Source of the DNA: Waddliaceae bacterium
Lineage (GTDB): Bacteria > Chlamydiota > Chlamydiia > Chlamydiales > SLFE01
Length of the DNA: 64,000 bases
Direction: 5' to 3'
NCBI GenBank assembly: GCA_963783885.1
Contig: CAWAPJ010000001.1
Coordinates: 1-64,000, forward strand
The translations under genes and the position numbers were made by a program. The notes under the pieces are model-generated. The model made no database searches, was not told the origin of the DNA, and saw only the letters and a list, made by a program, of their open reading frames with translations. Positions 37,617-49,695 of this stretch are shown here, in pieces; the first letter of the stretch is position 1, and each line of letters begins with the position of its first letter.

Positions 37617-37938
37617 ATATATTCTCCATTGTTTAGCATTGAAATCCAGAAATTTATCGAACCGATCCTTTAAGATCAAGAAATTTTTATTTCTTCAGAT
37701 TTTGGTAAAGATGAGAGCGCGGAGTCGCGGAAAAAAGGATTTCTTCTTGAAGATAATTCATCTAATTTGATAAAATTTGGCGGTAAATCACATTACTTTA
37801 ATTATATGAAATTATTTAATGTAAAAAGTTTTTGCAATTCTTCCGAATGTACTGTGCCCGTATCCATTCCCACTGCCGTTCTTTCTTGAAAACATTATCA
37901 ATAAATTTTATAATTATGCACATTTTAAAGAGGAACAA

Positions 37939-39114
37939 ATGGAAATTAAGAAAAAGTCAGCCGTTCTCGCCACAGGTTTTGCGATGTTTTCCATGTTTTT
38001 TGGAGCCGGAAACGTCGTTTTCCCATTGGCAATTGGACTGGAAACCGGAAACTTAAACTTTTTTGCTATCTGCGGTCTGCTGATTTCCGCTGTCGGCATC
38101 CCCCTTCTGGGCTTAATCTCCGCAACATTATTTAACGGAAACTATAAACATTATTTTGAAAGAATCGGAAAAGTCCCCGGTTTTCTGGTTGCCCTCTTTA
38201 TTATGGGCCTCATCGGCCCTTTCGGCGCCATGCCAAGGCTTATTACCGTCGCCCACTCGACTTTTGCCTATTATTGGGAAGGGATCCCCTTTGTACTCTT
38301 CAGCCTGATCTCATGCGCTATTGTATTCGTTTTGACATTCAAGAAAAACAAAATTGTCGATATTCTCGGTTATTACCTGACTCCCCTTCTCCTTTTTGCT
38401 CTTGTTGTCATTATTGTTATCGGATTTGTTTGGGCCACCCCTCCAGAGCAGTCGGCCTTAACTGCCTCCGCCGCCTTTATGGAAGGGCTGCAGACCGGCT
38501 ATTCAACAATGGATCTTCTCGCCACGTTTTTCTTTTCTTCAGTCGTCCTTTCCTGTTTGGAAAGCACCGAAATCGAAAAAGGACACACTCGGGATTTTCG
38601 AAATGTGATATTTACAACGCTAAAAGCCAGCGTCATCGGCATGGGACTTTTGGCGCTGATCTATATCGGCTTTAGTTTTGTGGCGTCTTTTAACAGCGCG
38701 GGTCTGGAAGGTTTAGGCCGCGATCAACTCTTGGGGGCGATTTCCGTACAGATGCTCGGACCTTATGCCGGAATCATCGCTATTTTGGCTGTCTCAATGG
38801 CCTGTTTAACGACAGCCATTGCACTGGCAGCCGTCTTCGCCGAGTTTTTGCACAATGACATCACACTGGGAAAACTGCCCTATATCCCGAGCTTGATCAT
38901 CACGCTTTTTGTTAGCTTTCTGGTCTCAACCTTGCGATTTAGCGGAATTGCCGCCTTCTTGGAACCGATTCTGATCATATGCTATCCGGCGCTTATCGTG
39001 CTGGCCATATTGAACATCGGCCACAAAATGTTTCACTTCAATGTGGTGAAAACGCCTGTTGCCATAACATTTCTCATTTCACTCGGAGCTTATTTCTACC
39101 AGGCTATAATTTGA
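37939..39114 (+). CDS. brnQ: Branched-chain amino acid:cation symporter
   Basis: GFAMFSMFFGAGN..FP, GPFGAMPR, G..LTP, GYSTMDLLA, ACLTTA. Confidence 0.95.
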   Translation: MEIKKKSAVLATGFAMFSMFFGAGNVVFPLAIGLETGNLNFFAICGLLISAVGIPLLGLISATLFNGNYKHYFERIGKVPGFLVALFIMGLIGPFGAMPRLITVAHSTFAYYWEGIPFVLFSLISCAIVFVLTFKKNKIVDILGYYLTPLLLFALVVIIVIGFVWATPPEQSALTASAAFMEGLQTGYSTMDLLATFFFSSVVLSCLESTEIEKGHTRDFRNVIFTTLKASVIGMGLLALIYIGFSFVASFNSAGLEGLGRDQLLGAISVQMLGPYAGIIAILAVSMACLTTAIALAAVFAEFLHNDITLGKLPYIPSLIITLFVSFLVSTLRFSGIAAFLEPILIICYPALIVLAILNIGHKMFHFNVVKTPVAITFLISLGAYFYQAII

Positions 39115-41080
39115 CAAACTGGCTTTGCGTCCAAAGCTCTAGAGCATGTTGAATGATGCCGCAGAAGTGCTCCTGCTTGTAGGGGTCGTCGCAGGTATAG
39201 ATATATCCCAGGCAGGAAGTATCTGAAGCATTCACATAGACAGTCCCCAGCTCGGACTGGGGAATGTTTAACGAGGCAAGCGATTTGTCGGTCTCTTCTT
39301 TGACACCGGGAGTATCGGCAATGATTATCACATAAACCGCATCGAGCTCCCGGTGGATGGAAATTGCGTAGTTTTCACCGGGGAAAAAGCCATGCTCCAA
39401 TGTATCGAGCATTTGCAAAAACAGCGTCTTGAGCGAACCGGCCTCAAATACGCTTCTCATAGCTGCCGGAGTTAATGAATAATAGAAATTCTCTAAAAGA
39501 AGGTCGTTGTACACTCCTTCTTCGGCAAGAAGAGATCTCACGGTACACAGAAGTTCGTTCTGCTTGGAAATCATCCCGCCGTTATAATCGCGGATACCGC
39601 CAAGAACCCTTTCCAGCTCGGCGACCACAACCTGCCTTGCTTTGTATAAGTCGATGGAATGGTCGTCGCGCAAAAACATATCTTTTGGAAGTTTGACACG
39701 AAATACTGTCGCCTCTTTAGGATATTTTTTTCTAATATAGCCGACTGTTTTTGAAAAATCATGAATATATTCCAGAAAAGTGTCAGCCTCTTTAAACATT
39801 TCTTCGATTTTTCTGTCTTTCTTTCCCAATACCCGGACATAGATGATAGTGAAGTAAAGATGGGAGTATGTTTGTTCATCAAAGGTAATAAAGACCTGGG
39901 GAATATCGCGCATATATTTGATTTGATGACTCAAACTCAAAATATTTCGCATGATTTCTTCTTCGTTGCGCGGCATGAAAACAGGGTGCATCATATGTTC
40001 GATGCGGTCTTTGAGGTCGTCGGGAAGGTCGTGCCTAAGACGGGATATTTCTTCCTTTGTAAAAGGCGATCCGTCGATTTTCTCAATTTCCATGTAGAGC
40101 GTTCCGATGTGCTCCATCGACCGCCTGCTTGAAAAAAATGAACCTTCCACCATTTGCACATGAGGAAGATAATTATGGACAGCTTTCATTAAATGCCGGT
40201 CTTCAAAAATTTCTTTATCGCTCATGAAGTTAACCCCGACAAGCAAAGCTAAAACCCGTTTTACCCCTCCTCTCCGTTTAAGGCGGGCTTGAAAGATTTT
40301 CAGACTCAAGTGCCTTTTGTCCGGAGACACCTTTATCGAGTCGCTCAGCGATTTCCTGAACAGGTAATTCAAACTGATAATCCGGCTCAAATGGCGGCAT
40401 TCCCTTTCGCTTTTAAAGGAATCCCTGCAAAGAACCAGAACATGCTGCATTTCGGTAAAGACATCATGATTAAAAAACTCGGGAAGGCGTTTGACCAGGC
40501 TGGCAATGTGTTCCTGAATGAGAGCTGTTTTTTGATCGGCGACCAGCCCCTTTGTTTCAAGAATTCTACGTGAATAATAGGAAGATCCAACCCCCAGCTT
40601 TAGCTCGGTTTCCATCGTTGGAAGATTTCTCATAATTTCCTGATACTCGTAATCGGTATGCACTTTGAGCATCACCTCGACAATGGTGTATTTCTCTTCG
40701 TCGAGTTCAGGCACTCGAAAATCAACGGCATAAAATAGAGTGACATCCAGGCGATGTCCCGGAACAAGCCAATTGCTGATCATGTCAAAAAAGAATTTGA
40801 AAGCGTTGGCCCTATATTTGACTAAAAGATAGAAGGACAGTGTGGAAGGAGCCCCCTTGAAATCGCTGTAGGTGAAAAAGGGTAGAACGGAATAAAGCCT
40901 TGAACGGAGCATTTGATAATCAATTCTGTTTTCTGAAATCGCGTCGGGAAACTTCTGTTCAATCATTTCTTTAAGAATATTTTGAATCAACCGCCTGTAA
41001 AGATTTTTGACAGACTCGTCCTTGTCGGTATCAAAATCGGTAATAATTGTTGGACAGGCTGAGGCATTAGTCATAGGCAT
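39104..41080 (-). CDS. Hypothetical protein, 658 aa
   Basis: Long open frame co-oriented with the aspartate kinase; PRNEEE and RDYNGG motifs; function not recognised. Confidence 0.8.
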   Translation of the reverse strand: MPMTNASACPTIITDFDTDKDESVKNLYRRLIQNILKEMIEQKFPDAISENRIDYQMLRSRLYSVLPFFTYSDFKGAPSTLSFYLLVKYRANAFKFFFDMISNWLVPGHRLDVTLFYAVDFRVPELDEEKYTIVEVMLKVHTDYEYQEIMRNLPTMETELKLGVGSSYYSRRILETKGLVADQKTALIQEHIASLVKRLPEFFNHDVFTEMQHVLVLCRDSFKSERECRHLSRIISLNYLFRKSLSDSIKVSPDKRHLSLKIFQARLKRRGGVKRVLALLVGVNFMSDKEIFEDRHLMKAVHNYLPHVQMVEGSFFSSRRSMEHIGTLYMEIEKIDGSPFTKEEISRLRHDLPDDLKDRIEHMMHPVFMPRNEEEIMRNILSLSHQIKYMRDIPQVFITFDEQTYSHLYFTIIYVRVLGKKDRKIEEMFKEADTFLEYIHDFSKTVGYIRKKYPKEATVFRVKLPKDMFLRDDHSIDLYKARQVVVAELERVLGGIRDYNGGMISKQNELLCTVRSLLAEEGVYNDLLLENFYYSLTPAAMRSVFEAGSLKTLFLQMLDTLEHGFFPGENYAISIHRELDAVYVIIIADTPGVKEETDKSLASLNIPQSELGTVYVNASDTSCLGYIYTCDDPYKQEHFCGIIQHALELWTQSQFVKL

Positions 41081-41133
41081 GCGATATTTTGAAGTGATGT
41101 GAATTCACCACCGATATACAACAGCCTGGATTT

Positions 41134-41907
41134 TCAGGCAAACTCAAATTGCGGAACTTTCGGAATCTTCTTAACATTGCATACAACCTTCGTTCCCACT
41201 GTTTCGGGATCTTTAAAAGAATAAATAAAGAGAGGAATCCCGTTTCTCCAGGCAAGTTGGATGCACCTTTGATGAAGAATTCTTCCCCCTTTTCGGATAA
41301 TTTCCAGCGCCTTTTCATAGTCTATCTCAGGAATCAAAGCAGCATCGGAAAACAGTTTCGGATCCTTATCGTAAATGCCTCCTACATCCTTGAAAAATTC
41401 GACACGTGCAGCGCGTAGGGATGCAGCAAGGGCGACAGCGGAAATATCCGATCCATTTGCCCCTAATGTGGTAATCTCCCCACCCCTGCTGCATCCCTGA
41501 AATCCGGCGACAATCACGATTTTTCCCTCGTCTAACAGAGGCTCAAGGCGCCGCGGCTTAACCTCTACTATCCTGGCATTGGAGTGCTCCTCGCAAGTAA
41601 TGATGCCCGATTGACTCCCGGTAAAGCTGACAGCGCGCTCCCCTTTCGCAGCCAAAGCCATGGCTAGCAAAGAAATACTGATTCTCTCTCCCACGCTGAC
41701 GAGCATATCGTATTCTCTGGGTGGAGGGTCGGGATTGACTTTGTGAGCTAGTTCGGCAAGCTGCCTCGTCATATTAGCCATAGCGCTGACTACGATGACA
41801 AGCCTTCCATGGGATTCTTTTCTTTGCAGGGCAATATTAGCAATTTTTTGAAAATGCTCCGGCGAAGCAACAGCCGCTCCTCCAAACTTCAATACAATAG
41901 TCGACAT
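41134..41907 (-). CDS. Aspartate kinase, catalytic domain only (no ACT domains)
   Basis: VLKFGG, VVSAM, D.L.SVGE, VAGFQG, TTLG..GSD.SA, DV.GIY..DP; ends at 257 aa. Confidence 0.9.
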   Translation of the reverse strand: MSTIVLKFGGAAVASPEHFQKIANIALQRKESHGRLVIVVSAMANMTRQLAELAHKVNPDPPPREYDMLVSVGERISISLLAMALAAKGERAVSFTGSQSGIITCEEHSNARIVEVKPRRLEPLLDEGKIVIVAGFQGCSRGGEITTLGANGSDISAVALAASLRAARVEFFKDVGGIYDKDPKLFSDAALIPEIDYEKALEIIRKGGRILHQRCIQLAWRNGIPLFIYSFKDPETVGTKVVCNVKKIPKVPQFEFA

Positions 41908-42039
41908 ATCTTTTTCCTTAAGAATGAATCCTGTAAATGCCTATTTTAGCCTCAAATCGAGCTGTGCTATTGATATAATTGCCTCCAGTCTGTTAACATA
42001 TTTGTTATTAGTCAATAAATATAAGGAGAAACCTTTAAC

Positions 42040-43773
42040 ATGTCTACAAATCAACAATATACCTGGGAAAACAACAAGCTCGTCGATGACGTCGATTTTG
42101 AGGAGGATGAAGCGCAAGAATTTAAAAATTTGCTTGACGCTACAGGAGAAACCGAAACCGACGAAACGGCAGCCATGGTTCCCGGTACAATCCTAACAGG
42201 AAATATAGTCGAAGTCACCAAAGACCACGTCGTCATCGACGTCGGCCTAAAATCGGAAGGAATTGTTCCTATCGAAGAATTTTCTAATCCCGAAGACATC
42301 TCCCTCGGGGAAAAAACAGAAGTTCTTCTCGACCGCGCCGAGGATGAAAACGGACAAATCGTACTCTCCAGGGAAAAGGCGGAACGGCAAAGGCAATGGG
42401 AGTATATCCTAGAACATTGCGAAGAAGGCTCGATTGTCAAAGGAAAAGTCCTCCGCAAAGTCAAAGGCGGCCTCATGGTCGACATTGGAATGGAAGCCTT
42501 CCTGCCAGGCTCTCAAATCGACAACAAACGCATTAAAAACCTCGACGAATATATCGGAAAGACCTACGAGTTCAAGATCCTTAAGATAAACATCGATCGT
42601 AAAAATGTCGTCGTTTCCAGACGGGAGCTTCTCGAGGCTGAGCGCATTTCCAAAAAAGCCGAACTTCTTGAAGAAATCGAGATCAGCGATATCCGCATAG
42701 GCACAGTGAAAAACATCACCGATTTCGGCGTGTTTCTCGACCTTGACGGAATTGACGGACTGCTCCACATCACCGATATGACCTGGAAAAGGATCAAGCA
42801 CCCTTCTGAAATGGTGCAGCTTGGCGACAAGCTCGAAGTGATGATCCTGAATATCGACAAAGAAAAAGGACGCGTCGCCCTGGGCCTCAAGCAGAAAGAC
42901 ACCAACCCCTGGGATCAGATTGAAGAAAAATATCCGCCGGGAACGAGAGTCAAAGGGAAAATTGTCAACCTCCTACCTTATGGGGCTTTCATAGAAATCG
43001 AAGCGGGAATCGAAGGGTTGATTCATGTTTCTGAAATGTCTTGGGTCAAAAACGTCACCGATCCTTCCGAAATCGTCAATAAAGGCGATGAAGTTGAAGC
43101 GGTTGTCCTTTCAGTACAAAAAGACGAAGGGAAAGTTTCTTTAGGCATGAAGCAAATTGAGCATAATCCTTGGGACGACGTCGATAAGAAATACCCTGTC
43201 GGCAGCAATATCAAAGTCGAAATTAAAAGCCTGACAAATTATGGGGCCTTTGTCGAACTCGAACCGGGCGTAGAAGGATTGATCCATATTTCGGATCTAA
43301 GCTGGATTAAAAAAGTCTCTCATCCTTCGGAACTTTTGAAAAAAGGAGACGAGGTTGAAGCGGTTGTTCTCTCGATCGACAAGGACAATAAGAAAATCAC
43401 TTTGGGACTGAAGCAGCTCAGCGAAAATCCCTGGGAAAATATTAAAGAGACAATGCCAATCGGCTCGACCGTTAAAGGCAAAGTCTCTAAAATTACCGCT
43501 TTTGGGGCATTTGTTGAACTGGAGAACGGCGTTGAAGGACTCATACATGTGACCGAACTGTCAGATCAGGCCTTCGGAAAAGTGGAAGATGTCATCTCCA
43601 AAGGAGATGAAATTACTGCAAAGGTCATCGATATTAAGCCAGAGGATAAGAAAATCGCACTTTCCCTTAAAGAATGCATGATTAAGGAAAACCAGGTCAA
43701 TCGCGATGACATTCCCCTCGGAACCCCTTCTGAAGACGAAAAGCCAGTAGAGGCCGAAAAGGAAACTGAATAA
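42040..43773 (+). CDS. rpsA: 30S ribosomal protein S1
   Basis: Six S1 repeats ([34 protein letters not shown]). Confidence 0.98.
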   Translation: MSTNQQYTWENNKLVDDVDFEEDEAQEFKNLLDATGETETDETAAMVPGTILTGNIVEVTKDHVVIDVGLKSEGIVPIEEFSNPEDISLGEKTEVLLDRAEDENGQIVLSREKAERQRQWEYILEHCEEGSIVKGKVLRKVKGGLMVDIGMEAFLPGSQIDNKRIKNLDEYIGKTYEFKILKINIDRKNVVVSRRELLEAERISKKAELLEEIEISDIRIGTVKNITDFGVFLDLDGIDGLLHITDMTWKRIKHPSEMVQLGDKLEVMILNIDKEKGRVALGLKQKDTNPWDQIEEKYPPGTRVKGKIVNLLPYGAFIEIEAGIEGLIHVSEMSWVKNVTDPSEIVNKGDEVEAVVLSVQKDEGKVSLGMKQIEHNPWDDVDKKYPVGSNIKVEIKSLTNYGAFVELEPGVEGLIHISDLSWIKKVSHPSELLKKGDEVEAVVLSIDKDNKKITLGLKQLSENPWENIKETMPIGSTVKGKVSKITAFGAFVELENGVEGLIHVTELSDQAFGKVEDVISKGDEITAKVIDIKPEDKKIALSLKECMIKENQVNRDDIPLGTPSEDEKPVEAEKETE

Positions 43774-43892
43774 TTAACGGCGGCCCGGATTCTTCCAGGC
43801 CGCTATAACAAACAGAGGCTGAAAGCCTTGCTTTAGGATTAAAAACTTAAATAACAATTACGGCAAAGTCCAAAGCCGGTTTTAGGAAAAAT

Positions 43893-45209
43893 ATGAATAA
43901 AGATCTCATTGCAATCTTTGAATACCTCGAAAGAGAAAAAGGTATCAAACGGGAAACTGTCATACAGGCAATTGAAGAATCTCTTCAAGTTGCAGCGCAA
44001 AAAAGCGTTAAAGGCGAAGCGCATGCAACCGTATCCATTAACTCCAAAACCGGAGATATCGAAGTTTTTTGCGAAAAAAAGATTGTCGAAGATGTCGAAA
44101 ATTCCGCTCAGCAAATCTCGCTCGAAGACGCCAGGGAGATCGACCCTGAATGTCAAATCGGACAATTTATCGATGTCGTCGTCACACCCAGGGATTTTGG
44201 CAGGATTGCCGCTCAGAAAGCCCGCCAGGTGATCACGCAAAAATTGCGGGGCGCCGAACGGGATGTCATCTACGAAGAATACCGCCATAGAATCAACGAA
44301 CTCATTTCCGGAACCGTCAAACGCTTTATCCCGGGTAGCAAACTCATCATTGACCTTGGCAAGGTCGAAGGGGTTATGCCCATTAAAGAATATCCAAGAA
44401 CAGAACATTACCGCACCGGCGACAAAGTTTTTGCTCTGCTGAAAGAAGTCCGCGACACTGACGCAGGCGGCGCCGAGGTTGTCCTCAGCCGAAGCGACCC
44501 TGAGTTTGTCAAACAGTTGTTTATTCAGGAAGTGCCCGAGATTAATGACGGAACCGTAATTATCGACAAAGTGGTCAGAGATGCAGGCTACCGCACAAAA
44601 CTTACAGTAAAATCGACAGATCCCAAAGTTGATCCGGTCGGAGCCTGCGTCGGCATGAGGGGTTTGAGAGTCAAAAATGTTGTTCGGGAACTCAATAATG
44701 AGAAAGTCGACATCATTCCATATTCCCCCGATCCCGTCGAACTTCTTCAGAACGCTCTATCACCTTTAGAAATCAGAAAATTTAGCTTAAACGAAGACGA
44801 TAAGCATATTACAATCGTCATCGACGACGATGATTACCCCGTTGTTATCGGCAAGAGAGGGATGAACGCAGTATTAAATGGCCGACTTATCGGTTATGAA
44901 CTTGAAGTTCAGCGCATTACAGACTATAATAAAAGTATGGCTGTTCAACGGCTTGAGCTCGCAGATCTCGACCATCCTGATCTCGAGAAGAAAATCGAGC
45001 CGATTCAAGGTGTCATCAACTCACTCATATTCGAACAGTTGATTGCAGAAGGTTTTGACACCCCGAAAGCTATTCTGTCCGCTAGTCATGAAAAATTAGC
45101 GTCGGTTTCCGGGATCAGCGTTGAGCTTGCAGACAGAATATTGGAACAAATCCAGAAAGATTATCTTTACCTTCTGGATAAACCATCTTCAGATGAAGAT
45201 GCAGAATAA
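43893..45209 (+). CDS. nusA: Transcription factor NusA
   Basis: [39 protein letters not shown]. Confidence 0.98.
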   Translation: MNKDLIAIFEYLEREKGIKRETVIQAIEESLQVAAQKSVKGEAHATVSINSKTGDIEVFCEKKIVEDVENSAQQISLEDAREIDPECQIGQFIDVVVTPRDFGRIAAQKARQVITQKLRGAERDVIYEEYRHRINELISGTVKRFIPGSKLIIDLGKVEGVMPIKEYPRTEHYRTGDKVFALLKEVRDTDAGGAEVVLSRSDPEFVKQLFIQEVPEINDGTVIIDKVVRDAGYRTKLTVKSTDPKVDPVGACVGMRGLRVKNVVRELNNEKVDIIPYSPDPVELLQNALSPLEIRKFSLNEDDKHITIVIDDDDYPVVIGKRGMNAVLNGRLIGYELEVQRITDYNKSMAVQRLELADLDHPDLEKKIEPIQGVINSLIFEQLIAEGFDTPKAILSASHEKLASVSGISVELADRILEQIQKDYLYLLDKPSSDEDAE

Positions 45210-45238
45210 CAAATTTTGTAAAAACAAAGGTACAAGCA

Positions 45239-47686
45239 TTGGCTAAACAAACCGATAAAGAAAAAAAAGGGCTAAAACTCAACATCCAAAACAAGCAAAT
45301 TGCCAAGGCAGTTAACCTCAAGGGCATTAAAGAAAAACTTTCAAAGAAAAAAGCCTCCGAGCCCAAAGAAACGACTCCTAAAAAGGCAAATGAGAAAGTT
45401 GAAGAAGTTGATGAAAAGGAAGAAGCACCCCGCATTAAGGCAAGGTCCAAATCCGTATTCGCCGAAGAGGGAGAGGCCGCGGCAAAAACCGGAACAATAA
45501 AAAAAGAAAAAACCCCAGTGGAAAAGACAAAAGAAATCCGGGAAAAACCTGAAACCGAAAAACAGGAAAAATTGGGGCCGACAGGCAAACACATCTCCGA
45601 CATTTTGCCCCAAAAGAAAAAAAAGGCTCCAAAATCACCTGCGCAGAAAAAATCGGAAGCTACCGCTCACGCCTCCGCAAAGCCCAAAGAAAAACCCAAG
45701 GAAACCCGCCCTGCTACTGCCGAGGATGATTTCAAAAAGAAAGGGAAAAAAGGACCAAAAGGGACGAAGTTTCGCGAATTCAGGGATGTGAAAGCAAGGC
45801 CGTTCGACGCAAGAGACCGGGCCGGACTTCGCGCAGGCGAAGAGCAGTACTACCGCCATAGAAAAAAACGATTGAAAACTGCCAAAACCTCTGCCGAAGA
45901 TTCAACAATACGACCCAGTCATCTTAAAATCCGCATCCCGATTTCCGTTAAAAACCTCTCCGCTGAAATGAAAAGAAAGGCTTCCGAACTGATCGGGCAG
46001 CTTTTTAAACATGGCATTCTGGTAACAATCAATGATTTGCTAGAAGATGAGACGACAATTCAAATTTTAGGCCAGGACCTGGCCTGTGAAATCGAGATCG
46101 ATACTTCCGAGGAAGAACGTATCCGTATCACGGATAAAACGATTGCAGAAGAAATCCAGCAAGCTGATCCGTCGCTACTGAAAACAAGGGCGCCGGTTGT
46201 TACATTCATGGGCCATGTAGATCACGGGAAAACGAGTTTGATCGACAAAATACGCAAAAGTGATATAGCCGCCGGAGAAGCGGGCGATATCACCCAGCAT
46301 ATCGGAGCATTTTTAGCGCACACGCCTGTAGGAGAAATCGCCATTCTCGACACCCCCGGCCACGAAGCATTCACGGCTATGCGTCTTCGCGGAGCGAATG
46401 TAACCGACATTGTTGTGCTGGTCATAGCAGGCGATGAAGGCTTCAGGCAGCAGACAGAAGAAGCTCTCGTCCATGCTCGTGAAGCCGGCGTCCCTATTGT
46501 CGTCGCCATCAATAAATGCGACAAGCCCAATTTTGATGCCGATAAAGTTTTCCGCCAGCTGGCCGATCATGAACTCCTTCCTGAAACCTGGGGCGGACAG
46601 ACCATCACCATCAACTGTTCAGCTACGTCGGGCGAAGGCATCGACACCCTTCTTGAAATGTTGGCTCTTCAAGCCGAAGTTATGGAGCTCAAAGCGAATC
46701 CTGAAGCCCGGGCTCGAGGGACTACTCTCGAATCTGAAATGCACAAAGGATTAGGAACTGTTGCCACTGTGCTGGTTCAAAACGGAACCTTAAAAAAAGG
46801 CGATGTTGTTGTCATCGACCAATATTGGGGCCGCATCAAAACAATGCGCGACGAACATGGAAAAAATATCGAAATAGGCGGTCCTTCAACGCCTTTGGAA
46901 ATCACCGGCATCTCCGGCCTTCCTGAAGCCGGTACGGAATTTATCGTTGTTGACAGCGAAAAAGAAGCTCGCGATATTGCAGAAGCTCGAAAACAAACGA
47001 TGAGGCAAACTGCGATGCAGCGCAAAATCCCGACATTGGAAAATATGCTCGCAGAAGCCCAAAAAAACGATATCAAGATATTCAATCTCATGATTTGCGC
47101 CGATGTTCAGGGGTCGTTGGAAGCCCTTGAAACAGCACTCAATAAAATTAAATCCGACAAAGTTGAGCTGAATATCATCGCAAGAGATGTTGGAGAAATC
47201 TCTGAATCGGATATTGAAATGGCCTCAGCTTCAGGCGCCACAATTTTAGGTTTCCATACAGCAATAGAAAGCCACGCCGAGCCGCTTCTCAAACAATGGG
47301 CAGTGACAGCTAAACTTCACGATATTATCTATCACGCCATAGACGATGTCAAAGAAATGATGCGACTAACACTTGATAAGATTCCGGTTGAAAATGATAG
47401 AGGCAAAGCCGAAGTGCGCCAGATATTCCGCTCGTCTCAACTTGGGGTCATTGCAGGCTGCTATGTCCTCGAAGGTTCGATAAACCGCAATCACCGTATA
47501 CGCGTGATTCGAAACGGCGAAGAGATATGGAAAGGGTCCATTGCGTCAATTAAACGTGTCAAAGAGGATGTTAAAGAAGTTCAAAAGGGATTGGAATGCG
47601 GTATCAACCTGCAAAACTTTAACGATATACAAGAAGGCGATATTCTGGAAGCCTTTGAAATCAGCTACCTGGAACAGGATCTATGA
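45239..47686 (+). CDS. infB: Translation initiation factor IF-2
   Basis: [29 protein letters not shown]; Lys-rich N-terminus; TTG start. Confidence 0.98.
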   Translation: MAKQTDKEKKGLKLNIQNKQIAKAVNLKGIKEKLSKKKASEPKETTPKKANEKVEEVDEKEEAPRIKARSKSVFAEEGEAAAKTGTIKKEKTPVEKTKEIREKPETEKQEKLGPTGKHISDILPQKKKKAPKSPAQKKSEATAHASAKPKEKPKETRPATAEDDFKKKGKKGPKGTKFREFRDVKARPFDARDRAGLRAGEEQYYRHRKKRLKTAKTSAEDSTIRPSHLKIRIPISVKNLSAEMKRKASELIGQLFKHGILVTINDLLEDETTIQILGQDLACEIEIDTSEEERIRITDKTIAEEIQQADPSLLKTRAPVVTFMGHVDHGKTSLIDKIRKSDIAAGEAGDITQHIGAFLAHTPVGEIAILDTPGHEAFTAMRLRGANVTDIVVLVIAGDEGFRQQTEEALVHAREAGVPIVVAINKCDKPNFDADKVFRQLADHELLPETWGGQTITINCSATSGEGIDTLLEMLALQAEVMELKANPEARARGTTLESEMHKGLGTVATVLVQNGTLKKGDVVVIDQYWGRIKTMRDEHGKNIEIGGPSTPLEITGISGLPEAGTEFIVVDSEKEARDIAEARKQTMRQTAMQRKIPTLENMLAEAQKNDIKIFNLMICADVQGSLEALETALNKIKSDKVELNIIARDVGEISESDIEMASASGATILGFHTAIESHAEPLLKQWAVTAKLHDIIYHAIDDVKEMMRLTLDKIPVENDRGKAEVRQIFRSSQLGVIAGCYVLEGSINRNHRIRVIRNGEEIWKGSIASIKRVKEDVKEVQKGLECGINLQNFNDIQEGDILEAFEISYLEQDL

Positions 47687-48057
47687 CCCGGAGAACCGAC
47701 AGGCTGAATTCTTTGCTTAAAGAAGTCATATCCGATGTGATTCACAATAAAGTAAAGAATCCGCATATCAAGAAACTGGCGACTGTGACTCGTGTCAGCA
47801 TCACAAAAGACTTGAGGCACGCGAAAGTCTACATAAGCATTATCGGTGATGACAAAGAACGAGAAGAAACGTTAAACGCACTGCAATCGGCTTCAGGGTT
47901 TATTTCAACAAACGCCTCAAAACAAGTTGTCATGAGATTTTTCCCCGAGCTCAAATTCATTTTGGACGACTCTGCCGAGCAGCACGCCCGTATTGAAGAA
48001 CTCTTGAAAGAAGTACAATCAGAAAGAGAGAAAAGACAGTCAGATGATGAAGCCTGA
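47683..48057 (+). CDS. rbfA: Ribosome-binding factor A
   Basis: [28 protein letters not shown]. Confidence 0.97.
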   Translation: MTRRTDRLNSLLKEVISDVIHNKVKNPHIKKLATVTRVSITKDLRHAKVYISIIGDDKEREETLNALQSASGFISTNASKQVVMRFFPELKFILDDSAEQHARIEELLKEVQSEREKRQSDDEA

Positions 48058-48721
48058 AGGAATCCTCCTCATTAACAAACCCCCGGGCAAGACATCATTT
48101 TATCTTGTCAATGTTTTAAGAAAAATTTTGGGTGTAAAAAAAATTGGGCACGCAGGAACGTTAGACCCCTTCGCCACGGGCGTTATGGTCATGCTGATCG
48201 GAAGAACCTACACCCGTCTCTCCGACCGATTCCTCAAACAGGACAAGGTTTACCAGGCTGTCATCAAACTCGGAGCTGAAACGGACACTTACGATTGCGA
48301 CGGACAAATTCTCTCCACCTCTGACTACCACCCTTCCCTTAATGAAATTGAAGAAGCTCTCGCCAAATTTCAGGGAGAAGTCCAGCAAGTCCCTCCAATG
48401 TTTTCTGCCAAAAAAATCAACGGCCAAAAACTTTGCGATCTCGCACGCAAAGGAGAGCATATCGAGAGAAAACCAGTCACAGTCAGCTTAAAAACCGAAC
48501 TTATTGGATACGAATATCCCAATCTTGAGATAAAAATCTCATGCAGCAAAGGGACCTATGTCCGCTCTATTGCCTATGATCTCGGTCAAATGCTAGGATG
48601 CGGTGCCCATCTCTCTTCTCTTGTCCGCCTGCAAAGCGGTCGTTTTTCCCTGGACAGCTGCGTCAACCTAGAAGACCTCAATCCAAGCAACGCCCCGCAA
48701 TTCCTTCAGAAATCTCTATAG
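48044..48721 (+). CDS. truB: tRNA pseudouridine(55) synthase
   Basis: INKPPG.TS, KIGHAGTLDP.ATG, PPMFSA.K, CSKGTYVRS. Confidence 0.97.
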   Translation: MMKPEGILLINKPPGKTSFYLVNVLRKILGVKKIGHAGTLDPFATGVMVMLIGRTYTRLSDRFLKQDKVYQAVIKLGAETDTYDCDGQILSTSDYHPSLNEIEEALAKFQGEVQQVPPMFSAKKINGQKLCDLARKGEHIERKPVTVSLKTELIGYEYPNLEIKISCSKGTYVRSIAYDLGQMLGCGAHLSSLVRLQSGRFSLDSCVNLEDLNPSNAPQFLQKSL

Positions 48722-48762
48722 AGTCCCTTTATCATTTTATGCTGTTCAAGTATGATGGAAAC

Positions 48763-49695
48763 ATGGATGTATTCAAACAGATCGAAGATTTTCCCGAAAA
48801 AAACAAGCAGGCGGCCTTAACCATCGGAAACTTTGACGGCATCCACCTCGGCCACCAAAGAGTTCTGCATAGATTGAAAGAAGTGGCCGCAAACAATAAA
48901 GCCGAATCCATTGTCCTCACATTTTCGAATCACCCTTCAACTGTTTTAAAGCCCGAAAGTCCTACCCCTCTTCTCACGTCAACTAATCAAAAACTAGAGC
49001 TTTTAGAAAAAACAGGACTTGACACCATCATTTTGCTTGAATTTACCCAGGCATTCTCAAAGCAGACAGCTCAGGAATTTTTGGACAAACTGAGACAGTC
49101 GATGAATCTTAGGTTTTTAATTCTGGGGCACGACTCGACACTAGGCAAAAACCGAAAAGGAGATGAGGAGATCGTCAAAGGCTTTGCGAAAAGCCACGGG
49201 TTTTTTGTCGAATATCTCGATGAACTGCTCGTCAAAGGGAAACCTGTCTCGAGCAGCGAAATCAGACGCTGCATCGAAGAAGGGAATTTTTCTGATGCCG
49301 CAACGTTTCTGGGAAGAAAATATTCCATGAAACTCCCCGTCCAGCCCGGCAAAGGGCTTGGAAAGCAAATCGGTTTCTCAACAGCCAACTTCAATGTGCG
49401 CGGACTTATCATCCCTCCCCTCGGCGTCTATTCAGTCTGGCTGAAAACTAATGGCGCCTCTTATGAAAGCGTGGCCAACCTAGGCTTTGCGCCGACTGTC
49501 AAGGGAACCTCATATCCTGAGCTTGAGGTGCACGTCATTGATAAAAATGTGGATCTAAGCGATCGGGAAGTGGAAATCGTTTTTAACCAATTTATCAGGG
49601 AAGAGAAAAAATTCGAAAGTATCGATGAGCTGAAAAAGCAAATTTCACTCGACATCGAGACCGCCAAATCGCAGCTTAAGCCTGGGCAAGGCTGA
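48763..49695 (+). CDS. ribF: Bifunctional riboflavin kinase / FAD synthetase
   Basis: TIGNFDGIHLGH, VSSSEIR, G..IGFSTAN, GVY, LEVH, IREEKKF. Start could be ATG 48739. Confidence 0.96.
   Translation: MDVFKQIEDFPEKNKQAALTIGNFDGIHLGHQRVLHRLKEVAANNKAESIVLTFSNHPSTVLKPESPTPLLTSTNQKLELLEKTGLDTIILLEFTQAFSKQTAQEFLDKLRQSMNLRFLILGHDSTLGKNRKGDEEIVKGFAKSHGFFVEYLDELLVKGKPVSSSEIRRCIEEGNFSDAATFLGRKYSMKLPVQPGKGLGKQIGFSTANFNVRGLIIPPLGVYSVWLKTNGASYESVANLGFAPTVKGTSYPELEVHVIDKNVDLSDREVEIVFNQFIREEKKFESIDELKKQISLDIETAKSQLKPGQG

Noticed and set aside
43780-43830. Two small hairpins between rpsA and nusA as a terminator or ncRNA
   Set aside because: No clear U-tract and too short to assign.
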